Below are positions 31,439-40,734 of a stretch of 64,000 bases of DNA, one piece after another. The notes under the pieces were generated by a model. The model worked only from the letters and a program-made list of their open reading frames with translations. It was not told the origin of the DNA and made no database searches. Positions within the stretch are counted from its first letter, which is position 1. Each line of letters starts with the position of its first letter. The DNA comes from an uncultured Phascolarctobacterium sp. Its GTDB lineage: Bacteria > Bacillota > Negativicutes > Acidaminococcales > Acidaminococcaceae. The DNA lies in NCBI GenBank assembly GCA_900552005.1, contig URXU01000009.1, forward strand, positions 5,045-69,044, in the 5' to 3' direction. The position numbers were made by a program, and so were the translations under genes.

Positions 31439-32196
31439 TATAATCTCACCTCAACACCCTGATCACGCAGATATTCTTTTACCTGTTTTACGGTAAATTT
31501 TCTGTAATGAAAAACGGATGCTGCCAGAACCGCATCAGCAGCGCCATCCTGCAGCACATCATAAAAATCCTGCAAAGCGCCTGCGCCGCCGGAAGCAATT
31601 ACCGGCACGCTGACAGCCTCACTGATGCTGCGGGTCAGTTCAATATCATAACCGCTTTTAGTGCCGTCGGCATCCATGCTGGTCAATAAAATTTCGCCTG
31701 CCCCCAGCTCAACCCCTCTTTTAGCCCATTCTACAGCGTCTATGCCGGTAGGTACCCGGCCGCCGTTAACGTAAACTTCCCATTTGCCCGGTGCGGATTT
31801 TTTGGCATCAATTGCCAAAACAATGCATTGATTGCCAAACTGAGCGGCACCGTCGGCAATAAGCTGCGGATTGCGTACAGCCGCCGAATTAAGTGAAATC
31901 TTATCGGCTCCTGCCCTCAGCGTCTCTTTGATATCTGCCAGGCTTCTGATACCGCCGCCGACAGTCAGCGGAATAAATACCTGCCCCGCCACGCGGCTGA
32001 TAACATCCAGCAGGGCCTTTCTGTTCTCTACTGAAGCACCGATATCTAAAAATACCAGCTCGTCTGCACCGGCAGCATCATAAAAGGCGGCCAATTCTAC
32101 AGGATCTCCGGCATCCCGCAGCTCAACAAAATTGGTTCCCTTAACTACTCTGTTGCCTGTTACATCCAGACAGGGAATAATTCTTTTCGTCAGCAT
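31438..32196 (-). CDS. hisF: imidazole glycerol phosphate synthase cyclase subunit
   Basis: N-terminus [12 protein letters not shown] and TIM barrel with SGGAG. Confidence 0.95.
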   Translation of the reverse strand: MLTKRIIPCLDVTGNRVVKGTNFVELRDAGDPVELAAFYDAAGADELVFLDIGASVENRKALLDVISRVAGQVFIPLTVGGGIRSLADIKETLRAGADKISLNSAAVRNPQLIADGAAQFGNQCIVLAIDAKKSAPGKWEVYVNGGRVPTGIDAVEWAKRGVELGAGEILLTSMDADGTKSGYDIELTRSISEAVSVPVIASGGAGALQDFYDVLQDGAADAVLAASVFHYRKFTVKQVKEYLRDQGVEVRL

Positions 32197-32924
32197 TGTT
32201 TTTCACCTGCCAGACTGAGTGCTGCCGTCAAATCAAGCGCACCCGTATAAATTGCCTTACCGACAATGCAGCCGCCAATACCATCTTTACTGTACGGCAG
32301 CAAGCGGCGAATATCTTCCAGAGAGGCCACGCCGCCGGAAGCAATAATTTCCAAGCCGGTTTTTCTGGCCAGTTCAGCTGTTGCCTCGATATTGATACCG
32401 CTTAAGGTACCGTCTCGACTGATATCCGTAAAAATAATGGTCTTAACGCCGAAACCTTTCATTTGCGCAGCCAATATATCAGCCCGCACGCTGCTTTTCT
32501 TTTCCCAGCCGTCAGTAGCTACATAACCGTCACGGGCATCAATGCCCACTACAATCCTTCCCGGATATTTGCGGCAGGCTTCCTGCACCAGCTGCGGATT
32601 TTTAACAGCCGCACTGCCTAAAATCACCCGGCAAACGCCTACTGCCAGCAGCTCGTCAATATTCTGCATGGTGCGAATACCACCGCCCAGCTGCACCGGT
32701 ATGTTAACGGCAGCGATAATGCTTTTGATAACCGCAAGGTTTTTGCTGCTTCCGGCAACTGCTCCGTCCAAATCTACCAGATGCAGAAATTTGGCTCCTG
32801 CCCGTTCCCATTTGACAGCCATCTCTGCCGGATTATCAGAAAAAACTGTTTCTTTATCAAAACATCCCTCTGTCAAACGTACGCACTTCCCGTTTCTGAT
32901 ATCTATTGCGGGATAAATTATCAT
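32190..32924 (-). CDS. hisA: ProFAR isomerase (1-(5-phosphoribosyl)-5-[(5-phosphoribosylamino)methylideneamino]imidazole-4-carboxamide isomerase)
   Basis: N-terminus [17 protein letters not shown]. Start at the ATG at 32924 (ATGA overlap with hisH). Confidence 0.93.
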   Translation of the reverse strand: MIIYPAIDIRNGKCVRLTEGCFDKETVFSDNPAEMAVKWERAGAKFLHLVDLDGAVAGSSKNLAVIKSIIAAVNIPVQLGGGIRTMQNIDELLAVGVCRVILGSAAVKNPQLVQEACRKYPGRIVVGIDARDGYVATDGWEKKSSVRADILAAQMKGFGVKTIIFTDISRDGTLSGINIEATAELARKTGLEIIASGGVASLEDIRRLLPYSKDGIGGCIVGKAIYTGALDLTAALSLAGEKQC

Positions 32925-33532
32925 ATCTTCCACTCCTTAAAAGCCTGTAACATCCTTAAGCCTACGGCGCCGGATTTTTCCGGATGAAACTGCAAGGCCT
33001 GAATATTGTCTCTGCCCACTGCGGCAGTTATCTCTGAACCATAATCACATACAGCCGTAATCAGGTTTTTATCATCAGGCTCTGCGTGAAAGCTGTGCAC
33101 AAAATATACATAATGTTCCGCTGCTTCTTTTGTCAGCACTGACGGTGCGCGCAGCTGCAGTTTATTCCAGCCCATATGAGGAATTTTATAGGATGTAGGA
33201 AGTTTTTTTACCATACCTGAAAACACACCAAGTCCGGCAACACCCGGACTTTCCTCACTGCCGTCAAACAGCAGCTGCATCCCGAGGCAAATGCCAAGAA
33301 AAGGCTTTCCTTCCTTCAAATGCCGGCGTATTGCGGGAATTAATTCCGTGGCCTGCAAATTCTTCATGCAATCGCCAAACGCACCCACACCGGGCAAAAT
33401 AATTTTTTCGGCGGCGGCAATAACTTTTTTATCAGAAGTAATCACCGGCAGGCCGCCTACGGCTTCCACTGCCTTGCTGACGCTGTGCAGATTGCCCATA
33501 CCGTAATCGATTATTACAATCTCATCTTTCAT
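32921..33532 (-). CDS. hisH: imidazole glycerol phosphate synthase glutaminase subunit
   Basis: Class I GATase with GICLGMQ and FHPEKS. Confidence 0.95.
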   Translation of the reverse strand: MKDEIVIIDYGMGNLHSVSKAVEAVGGLPVITSDKKVIAAAEKIILPGVGAFGDCMKNLQATELIPAIRRHLKEGKPFLGICLGMQLLFDGSEESPGVAGLGVFSGMVKKLPTSYKIPHMGWNKLQLRAPSVLTKEAAEHYVYFVHSFHAEPDDKNLITAVCDYGSEITAAVGRDNIQALQFHPEKSGAVGLRMLQAFKEWKI

Positions 33533-34113
33533 AATACACCCTTACTGCTCATTACCCCGTGAACCCTGCTGTCTTGAGCAACTGCCTGCGCGACGGCTCT
33601 GGCAAAGGCCTTAAAGACAGCTTCAATAATATGATGAGCATTCTTTCCATATAAAATACGTATATGTAGAGTCATTTTGGCTTCACTGGCCACCGCACGG
33701 AAAAATTCCTCCGTCATCTCTGTATCATAACAGCCAAGCTTACCTGAAGGGACCTGCCCTTCAAAATGCAGATACGGACGTCCGGAAAAATCCAGCACAA
33801 CCTGCACCAAGGCTTCATCCATGGGAATAAAACATTCACCGTAACGATGAATACCCATTTTATCGCCTACTGCTTCGCCAAGCAGGCGTCCCAGGACAAT
33901 GCCGCAGTCTTCCACCGTATGATGACAGTCCACATCCAAATCTCCTGCGGCCTTCAAATCCAAATCACAGAAGCCATGTTTGCTAAACAGCGTCAGCATA
34001 TGATTTAAAAAGCCAACGCCTGTATCAATATTGCTGATGCCCTGTCCGTCAAGATTCAGTTCTGCTGCAATACTGGTCTCTGCCGTTACTCTGTTTATTT
34101 TGCTGCACCGCAT
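33529..34113 (-). CDS. hisB: imidazoleglycerol-phosphate dehydratase (monofunctional)
   Basis: 194 aa with HH..E metal motifs (DCHHTVED, NAHHIIEA). Confidence 0.93.
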   Translation of the reverse strand: MRCSKINRVTAETSIAAELNLDGQGISNIDTGVGFLNHMLTLFSKHGFCDLDLKAAGDLDVDCHHTVEDCGIVLGRLLGEAVGDKMGIHRYGECFIPMDEALVQVVLDFSGRPYLHFEGQVPSGKLGCYDTEMTEEFFRAVASEAKMTLHIRILYGKNAHHIIEAVFKAFARAVAQAVAQDSRVHGVMSSKGVL

Positions 34114-35255
34114 CCTGCCACATCCTCACACAATTTTTTCACGACGGCCAAAATCTGCTCATTTTCTTCCGGCAGCCCCACACTGACGCGTAGCGCTCCA
34201 TGCAGATTTTTATTGGTACTGTAATCACGTACCAGAATACCGTTCTCTTTAAACTTTTCAAAAAGGTATTTGCCGCTGTTCATGGAGCTATCTGCCAAGT
34301 CACGCTGATACTCCTGTTTATAACGGCGGCTCAGCTCATCTGCCAGTGGACCCTGCGCATAAAAGGTAACAAAATTAGCCGCAGCGGGATAAACATAAAA
34401 GCCCCAATCCCGCAGAGCAGACGCCATCTTGTCACGCATGGACTTAATCTGAAGAATACGTTCCTTATAAAGCTCTTTATGAGCATAAACAGCGGCTGCA
34501 GTCAGTAAAGTATAAGCATTTACGCCATAAGGCAGAATACCTTTGCGCATAGCGGCAATCAGCTTACTGCTGCCTAGACCATATCCGCAGCGCATACCGG
34601 CCAGGCCATACGCCTTGGAAAATGTTTTCAGGCAGATAATATGCTCATATTTGTCCAGCAGTTGGTAAGCTGATTCCCCTGCGGCAAATTCAAGATAGGC
34701 TTCATCGATGATTACAGGGCAGTCTATCTGCCGCACAATATCCTCAATATCCCGCAATGAATTATAATTGCCGGTAGGATTATTGGGATTGCAGATAATC
34801 AATAATGCAGGCTGTTCTTTTTTAACAGCAGCCAGCAGCGCTTCTTTGTCAATATAACCGTCTTCCGTCAGTCTGTACGTGCAGGTTTCACTGTCCGAAA
34901 GCTGCACATATTCACCGTACATAGAAAACGACGGTACGGGCACCATAATCTTTTTGCCGCTGCCGCCAAAAACGTAGCAGGCAACCCGCAGCAGTTCACT
35001 GGACCCATTGCCGATAATTACATCGGAGGCGCTGCAGCCAAAATCTTTGGCAATCAACGCACATAAATCCTCGGCCTGCATCTGCGGATACCTATTAAAG
35101 GCAAAGGACGGCAGCTTTTCAGCCAAAATTTTTAAAATCGGCTCCGGCAGCGGTGCATTGCTTTCATTAGCATTAACGATAATCGGCGCTTCAATACTCT
35201 CGACATCATAGGTTTCCAAACTGGCAATACTTGCTCTCACATTTACTTGTACCAT
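34095..35255 (-). CDS. hisC: histidinol-phosphate aminotransferase
   Basis: PLP class II aminotransferase (NPNNPTG, TFSKAYGLAGMRCGY). Start trimmed to the ATG at 35255, 4 nt after the hisD stop. Confidence 0.9.
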   Translation of the reverse strand: MVQVNVRASIASLETYDVESIEAPIIVNANESNAPLPEPILKILAEKLPSFAFNRYPQMQAEDLCALIAKDFGCSASDVIIGNGSSELLRVACYVFGGSGKKIMVPVPSFSMYGEYVQLSDSETCTYRLTEDGYIDKEALLAAVKKEQPALLIICNPNNPTGNYNSLRDIEDIVRQIDCPVIIDEAYLEFAAGESAYQLLDKYEHIICLKTFSKAYGLAGMRCGYGLGSSKLIAAMRKGILPYGVNAYTLLTAAAVYAHKELYKERILQIKSMRDKMASALRDWGFYVYPAAANFVTFYAQGPLADELSRRYKQEYQRDLADSSMNSGKYLFEKFKENGILVRDYSTNKNLHGALRVSVGLPEENEQILAVVKKLCEDVAGCGAAK

Positions 35256-35259
35256 ATCA

Positions 35260-36606
35260 TCAATCCTCTTGCATACGCTGGCGAATAGCATTGGCATGAG
35301 CCTGCAGGCCCTCTGCTTCCGCCATAACGATAATATCTTCTGCCGCATTGCTTAAGGCAGGTCCTGTATAAGCAATAATGCTGGTTTTCTTCATAAATGT
35401 TTCCACATTCAGCACGGAATAGAATTTAGCCGTGCCCCCTGTCGGCAGAATGTGGTTCGGACCTGCATAATAATCGCCCAGGGGTTCAGGAGAATATGCT
35501 CCCAGGAAAATTGCTCCGGCATTACGCACAAAAGGCAACAGTTCAAAAGGCGCCTTGGTCATAATCTCTAAATGCTCCGGCGCTGAAAGATTGGCCATTT
35601 CCAGTACGGTATCCATACTATCAGCCAAAATAATCTTGCCCTGTCCTGCCAGGGAGGTGCCGGCAATTTCTTTACGCGGCAATACAGCCAGCTGACTTTC
35701 CAGTTCCTTCATAGTTTCCCGGGCAACCTGTTCGCAGTCAGTAATCAAAATGGCACTTGCCAGAGGATCATGCTCTGCCTGGCTCAGCAAATCGGCAGCC
35801 AGGTATCTCGGTTTGGCAGTTTCATCTGCCACAATTAAAATCTCGCTGGGGCCGGCCAGCATATCAATATCGCAATGTCCGTAAACAGCCTTTTTGGCCA
35901 AAGTAACAAAAATATTGCCGGGCCCGGTAATTTTTTCTACTTTGGGAACTGTTTCCGTACCGAAGGCCATGGCGGCTATGGCCTGAGCGCCGCCCATTTT
36001 ATAAATTTCCTCAACTCCGATGGCTCTGGCAGTTACCAGTACATAAGGATTGACTTTACCGTCTTTTCCAGGCGGTACAGCCATCACAATCCTGCCAACA
36101 CCTGCTACCTTGGCAGGACATGCATTCATGATTACGGAAGAAGGATAGGCAGCCGTGCCGCCAGGAACATAAATGCCTACGGAATCCAGCGGCGTAATCT
36201 TCTGACCCAGCATGGAACCATAGTCCCTGTTAACCAGCCAGGTTTTGGGAACCTGTTCCTCATGAAATTTAGTTACATTGGCAATGGCTCTTTTAATGGC
36301 GGCAACAATTTTGGGATCTACAATAGCTTCCGCTTCGGCAAATTCGGCTTCTGAAACCCGAATATTATCCTTGGTCAATTCCACTCTGTCGATTAGCTGC
36401 GTATAATAAAACAGCTTTTCATCGCCGTCTTTTCTAACATCATTAACAATTTTATCAACGACCTGAGCTGCCGTCAGCGGCGCGCCAAACATCTTGGTAA
36501 CACCAGCCTGCACACCCGGCGTCAAAGTGCATTCATCAAAAGCTTTTTTCTTCATCAAGGCTGCAATTTCCTGAGCAGTCATTGTTCTGGCATCTATAAA
36601 ATTCAT
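35260..36606 (-). CDS. hisD: histidinol dehydrogenase
   Basis: 448 aa with GPGNIFV and AEHDP motifs. Confidence 0.95.
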   Translation of the reverse strand: MNFIDARTMTAQEIAALMKKKAFDECTLTPGVQAGVTKMFGAPLTAAQVVDKIVNDVRKDGDEKLFYYTQLIDRVELTKDNIRVSEAEFAEAEAIVDPKIVAAIKRAIANVTKFHEEQVPKTWLVNRDYGSMLGQKITPLDSVGIYVPGGTAAYPSSVIMNACPAKVAGVGRIVMAVPPGKDGKVNPYVLVTARAIGVEEIYKMGGAQAIAAMAFGTETVPKVEKITGPGNIFVTLAKKAVYGHCDIDMLAGPSEILIVADETAKPRYLAADLLSQAEHDPLASAILITDCEQVARETMKELESQLAVLPRKEIAGTSLAGQGKIILADSMDTVLEMANLSAPEHLEIMTKAPFELLPFVRNAGAIFLGAYSPEPLGDYYAGPNHILPTGGTAKFYSVLNVETFMKKTSIIAYTGPALSNAAEDIIVMAEAEGLQAHANAIRQRMQED

Positions 36607-36610
36607 TCTT

Positions 36611-37255
36611 CTAACCTTCTTTCACAATCTTGCGTAAATCCTCTGTCAGCTTGGCAATGCGGTCAAATTTCAGTTTGAAGCTGGCCTTATTGGCAATCAT
36701 TCTGGCTGTAGCCGTAAAAATAGAATCCACTTCCGTAAGATTATTTTCCCGCAGCGTTGTGCCTGTTTCTACAATATCGACAATTAATTCACTTAAGCCT
36801 ACGATGGGTCCCAATTCAATGGACCCGTTTAATTTAATAATTTCCGTCTGAATACCCAATTTATCAAAATACTTTTTCGCGCAATTGGGATATTTAGTCG
36901 CTACACGCAAATGCGCATAATCTTCCAGACGCTGCTTTCTTTTGGCCTCCGGCACTGCCAGCATTAAGCGGCACTTGCCGAAATTTAAATCAAGAAGCTC
37001 CACAATATCCTTTTCTTCTTCCGCCAGCACATCCTTGCCGATAATACCGATATCAGCCGCGCCATACTCCACATAAGTCGGCACATCTACCGTTTTGGCA
37101 ATAATAAAACGGACTTTAGTCTCATCATTACTGATGACAAGCTTTCTGGAATCTTCAGAAAGATTTTCGGCGCTGTAGCCAACTTTGCTCAATAATGCTA
37201 CGGATTTATCAAAAAGCTTGCCTTTAGGCAAGGCTATCGTAATATATTCGTCCAT
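36611..37255 (-). CDS. hisG: ATP phosphoribosyltransferase, short (HisZ-dependent) form
   Basis: About 214 aa short-form HisG (ITIALPKGKL...). Start at the ATG at 37255 behind GAGGAGG. Confidence 0.92.
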   Translation of the reverse strand: MDEYITIALPKGKLFDKSVALLSKVGYSAENLSEDSRKLVISNDETKVRFIIAKTVDVPTYVEYGAADIGIIGKDVLAEEEKDIVELLDLNFGKCRLMLAVPEAKRKQRLEDYAHLRVATKYPNCAKKYFDKLGIQTEIIKLNGSIELGPIVGLSELIVDIVETGTTLRENNLTEVDSIFTATARMIANKASFKLKFDRIAKLTEDLRKIVKEG

Positions 37256-37266
37256 GCCCATCCTCC

Positions 37267-38433
37267 TCAAACATATACCAGACTGCTGCAGCAGTTTCTG
37301 CCAACTTCTACGGCTGCCTGTTCCAACGTCATGGGCTCTACGGCCAGTTTTACGCTGCGGCCTTCCTGCCTGAGAGCGTTGGCCTTGGCAATTGCCTGCA
37401 GAATATTATCCTGACCCCAGGCTACAAAAACATCCCAGCTGCGTTTATAATCCAACGCGCCCTGTCTTTCCAAAGCCAGAATAACGCGTTCAATACCCAG
37501 CGCAAAACCGGTTGCCGGGCAATTGAGGCCAAAATTATCCATCATTTTATCATAACGCCCGCCGCCGGCCACCGAAAAACCAATCTCCGGCAAATAGATT
37601 TCAAACAGCATTCCTGTGTAATAATCTAACGAACGGTTCAGACCCAAATCAAAATTAACATATGCGCCATAACCGTAAGCTTCCACCAACTGATAAATCT
37701 GTCTCAGATCAGCCAAAGCCTTTCTTACCCGCCGTCCTTCCAGGCAGCTTTCCAAACGCTCCAGCAAATTAGCCTTGCCTTGCAAAAACAGCAGTTTGCT
37801 GAAAATTTCCTGCAGCTGCGGCTTTTGCCTCGTCATGGCAGCCGCCGCATTTTCCAAAGCCACCGCATCATGCCTGCGCAAACTTTCCTTAACCGCCTGC
37901 ACCTGCGCTGCATTAAGTCCCGCCTCTTCACATAGGCCGTCAATAAAGCCTATATGTCCAAGGCTGATGGAAAAATTCTTAATGCCCGCTGCCTGAAGGC
38001 TTTCTGCCGCCAATACAATTACTTCCGCATCGGCTGCTGCTCCGCTGGCGCCGAACAGTTCGACACCGGCCTGCTCAAACTCACATTGTTTGCCGGCCTG
38101 AATATTTTCATATCTGTACAGGCTGGAAATATAACATAAGCGTTTAATTTTATTTTCATCCTGCAGCCTGTTTGCCGCCACTCTGGCAATTGGCGCGGTC
38201 ATATCATTGCGCAGCGCCAGTAAATTATTATTCCGGTCAAAAAACCGAAAATCACTTTCCTTATCCGCAATTTTAAAAATATCAGCATATTCAAAGCTGG
38301 GAGTTTTTACTTCATCATAGCCCCATTTGCAGAAAACATTGATAATCCTGTTTTCAATGGCACGCCGTGTTTTCATTTCTCCAGGTAAGATATCCTTCGT
38401 TCCGTAAGGTATCTCATAAATCTGCCTGCTCAT
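37267..38433 (-). CDS. hisZ: ATP phosphoribosyltransferase regulatory subunit
   Basis: HisRS-paralogue catalytic core without an anticodon-binding domain, first gene of the his operon. Start trimmed to the ATG at 38433. Confidence 0.88.
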   Translation of the reverse strand: MSRQIYEIPYGTKDILPGEMKTRRAIENRIINVFCKWGYDEVKTPSFEYADIFKIADKESDFRFFDRNNNLLALRNDMTAPIARVAANRLQDENKIKRLCYISSLYRYENIQAGKQCEFEQAGVELFGASGAAADAEVIVLAAESLQAAGIKNFSISLGHIGFIDGLCEEAGLNAAQVQAVKESLRRHDAVALENAAAAMTRQKPQLQEIFSKLLFLQGKANLLERLESCLEGRRVRKALADLRQIYQLVEAYGYGAYVNFDLGLNRSLDYYTGMLFEIYLPEIGFSVAGGGRYDKMMDNFGLNCPATGFALGIERVILALERQGALDYKRSWDVFVAWGQDNILQAIAKANALRQEGRSVKLAVEPMTLEQAAVEVGRNCCSSLVYV

Positions 38434-38624
38434 ATTGGCCCCCCAATTCATTTTTAAATCTTTTAGTACTTTATCACTTTATCTCTTTAAAGTAAAGAGA
38501 TAAAGAAAAATTTTTTATTTTCCTGCTTTTCTGTCTAATATCTGTAAGTTATTTTACAGAATTTGCTACGCTCCTATTCTTGTCTTAAAGCCGCTTATAC
38601 TTTTCTAATCTTGAGTAAGCATAC

Positions 38625-38653
38625 TTGACAAGCAGCTCAAGGTTTAGTATGCT
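38625..38653 (+). promoter_or_regulatory. sigma70-like promoter of the riboswitch-antiporter unit
   Basis: TTGACA (38625-38630), 17 nt spacer, TATGCT (38648-38653). Confidence 0.55.
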
Positions 38654-38655
38654 TA

Positions 38656-38765
38656 TTGCATAAGGGAGTAGCTGGCATAAATTTTTATTTATGTTTACAC
38701 TGTCGTCAATACGGTTTCCTATAGGAAATCCGGCTTTGTAAGTAAGTAGCGAGACTTTGTTGCAA
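38656..38765 (+). promoter_or_regulatory. yybP-ykoY-type Mn2+ riboswitch aptamer
   Basis: Conserved cores AAGGGAGUAGC, GUCGUCAAU, CCGGCUUUGU and AGCGAGACUUUG, in the order and spacing of the Lactococcus yoaB Mn2+ aptamer as I recall it. The P1 arms UUGCAUAAG / CUUUGUUGCAA pair. Confidence 0.8.
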
Positions 38766-38793
38766 AATACTGCAGCAAAAGTCTCGTTTTTTT
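38749..38793 (+). terminator. riboswitch expression-platform terminator
   Basis: CGAGACTTTGTTGCA / TGCAGCAAAAGTCTCG stem plus TTTTTTT. The 5' arm overlaps the aptamer 3' P1 strand. Confidence 0.8.
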
Positions 38794-38832
38794 ATTTGTC
38801 AAATTTTGCTGCACAGAAAGCAGGAGGAAAAA

Positions 38833-39759
38833 ATGGAAATTTTATTACAGGTAATTTTATTAGTTTTGGGTTTCATCATGCTGGCCAAAGGCGCTGATAA
38901 ATTTGTTGAAGGCGCTGCCGGTATTGCCGCAAAATTCGGTATCCCCCAGCTGGTTATCGGTCTGACCATCGTTGCCATGGGTACCAGCGCTCCGGAAGCT
39001 GCTGTCAGCATTGCCGCTGCTTTTTCAGGAAACGCTGATATTACTATCGGCAATATCGTAGGCAGTAATATTCTGAATATCTGGATTATCCTGGGTTTGG
39101 CCGCAGCCATCGTACCCTTAGCCGTCGCACGCTCAACCATTAGGATTGAAATCCCCTTCATGATTTTAATTACGGCAATTTTAGGCTATCAGGGTCTTGA
39201 CGGAACCATTTCGCTTACAGATGGTCTGGCTTTGCTGCTGCTGTTTCTTATTTATCTCGGCTATCTGTACCGTATGGCCAAAAAGAACAAAGTTAATGAA
39301 AACGCTCAGGAATACAGCTATTCGCTGGGCCACTGCCTGATTTATACGATTCTTGGCCTGGCCCTGATCATTCTCGGCAGTCAGGTAACCGTCCAGGCGG
39401 CTACTGCTATTGCCGCCTATGTTGGCCTGAGCCAGCGCTTTATTGGTCTGACCATCGTTGCTCTGGGTACTTCCCTGCCGGAGCTTTTTACCTCCGTAGC
39501 AGCAGCCCGTAAAGGCAATGCGGATATTGCCATAGGTAATATTGTCGGCAGCAACATCTTTAATATTTTATTTGTTATCGGTATTTCAGCAATGATTATC
39601 GACATTCCCTTTGCAGCAGCCTTTAACTTTGACATGATGATTGCAATCGCCGCAGCGCTTATGTTAATGCTCTGCGTCCTCTTTACCAAAAGGCTGGAGC
39701 GCTGGGCCGGCATCCTGATGCTTATCTGCTATGGAGCCTATCTGTGGTACATTTTATAA
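38833..39759 (+). CDS. CaCA-family cation antiporter (YrbG-like sodium/calcium exchanger type)
   Basis: About 308 aa, 10 TM segments, two alpha-repeats GTSAPE and GTSLPE each followed by GNIVGSNI. Start at the ATG at 38833 behind AGGAGG. Confidence 0.85.
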   Translation: MEILLQVILLVLGFIMLAKGADKFVEGAAGIAAKFGIPQLVIGLTIVAMGTSAPEAAVSIAAAFSGNADITIGNIVGSNILNIWIILGLAAAIVPLAVARSTIRIEIPFMILITAILGYQGLDGTISLTDGLALLLLFLIYLGYLYRMAKKNKVNENAQEYSYSLGHCLIYTILGLALIILGSQVTVQAATAIAAYVGLSQRFIGLTIVALGTSLPELFTSVAAARKGNADIAIGNIVGSNIFNILFVIGISAMIIDIPFAAAFNFDMMIAIAAALMLMLCVLFTKRLERWAGILMLICYGAYLWYIL

Positions 39760-39769
39760 GCAAAATAGT

Positions 39770-39799
39770 AAAAAGCTGACCATGATGGTCAGCTTTTTT
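39770..39799. terminator. bidirectional terminator between the antiporter gene and metA
   Basis: AAAAAGCTGACCATGATGGTCAGCTTTTTT, a perfect palindrome. Confidence 0.85.
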
Positions 39800-39803
39800 A
39801 TTT

Positions 39804-40715
39804 TTATAGGGTTGTCAAATCATAAGGCGTATCCTGATAAACAATATTCAGCCAGTTGAGATAAAATAAATGCGCATAACTGCACCATTTAAAACATGGC
39901 TGCTGAGAACTGTCATTGTCCGGGTAATAATTTTCCGGCAGCGCAATATCCATACCTTTCTTTTTATCACGAACATATTCATCCGCCAGAGAATAACGGT
40001 CATATTCAAAATGTCCCAAAACAAAAATACGTTTCAGATTTCTGGTGGCGCAAATATTAATGCCCTGCTCCACTGAGCGTGACAGAACCTCTAAGTCCCC
40101 GTGACCGTCAATAGCGCTGTCATCCACCGTGGTGTGTCTGGACTGAGGTATAAAATATCTGTCATCAAAACCACGCAAAAGCGGATGGTTGCGCACCGTA
40201 ATACCATAGGGGTAAATGCCAAACATCTTTTCCTGCAAAAGAATTTTCTCAATCCCGTAATAATGGTACAAACCGGCCTGAGCGCTCCAGCAGTAGTGCA
40301 AAACAGAATACACATGTTTTTCCGCCCATTGCAGATAGCCGGTAAATTCTTCCCAATAATCAACATCTTCAAAAGCATAGGTTTCCACAGGCGCACCGGT
40401 AATGATAAACGCATCATAATAACGATCTTTGATATCGGCAAATTCCAGATAACAGCTGTCAAGATAGGAATTATCCGTATGAGTTGTCTGACGGCTGACA
40501 ATACGGCAAAAATCTATTTCTACCTGTAAAGGCGTATTGCCCAATAATCGCAGAAGCTGCAATTCAGTAGGTTTTTTTAAAGGCATCAGGTTCAGTATCA
40601 AAATCTTTAAAGGTCTGATATCCTGTCTGACAGCCCGCTGCTGTCTTATTGTTACAATTCCCTCCTGCTGCAGTTTATCTACAGCAGATAAATTATCACT
40701 TATTTTAATCGGCAT
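39804..40715 (-). CDS. metA: homoserine O-acyltransferase (MetA family; acetyl vs succinyl not resolvable)
   Basis: N-terminus MPIKISDNL...RQDIRPLKILILNLMP. Start at the ATG at 40715 behind GGAGG. Confidence 0.9.
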   Translation of the reverse strand: MPIKISDNLSAVDKLQQEGIVTIRQQRAVRQDIRPLKILILNLMPLKKPTELQLLRLLGNTPLQVEIDFCRIVSRQTTHTDNSYLDSCYLEFADIKDRYYDAFIITGAPVETYAFEDVDYWEEFTGYLQWAEKHVYSVLHYCWSAQAGLYHYYGIEKILLQEKMFGIYPYGITVRNHPLLRGFDDRYFIPQSRHTTVDDSAIDGHGDLEVLSRSVEQGINICATRNLKRIFVLGHFEYDRYSLADEYVRDKKKGMDIALPENYYPDNDSSQQPCFKWCSYAHLFYLNWLNIVYQDTPYDLTTL

Positions 40716-40734
40716 ATGTCTTCCTCCGTTATTT

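Noticed and set aside
35256-35348. N-terminal extensions of hisC. Similar extensions occur on the ThrE-like gene (51350-51547), dcuC (53401-53463), hup (8347-8430), metA (40716-40784) and the DAG-kinase-like gene (56487-56531).
   Set aside because: The extensions overlap the upstream gene or terminator. Internal ATGs with proper RBSs reproduce the canonical family N-termini.
38481-38520. Hairpin ATCTCTTTA-AAG-TAAAGAGAT read as a plus-strand terminator
   Set aside because: No plus-strand gene lies upstream. The stem is followed by AAAGAAAAA before any T run. On the minus strand no U tract follows. It is kept only as a candidate operator.
38799-39161. 120-aa minus-strand ORF opposite the CaCA antiporter start
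   Set aside because: It is antisense to a well-supported membrane-protein gene and runs into the riboswitch terminator. It has no RBS.
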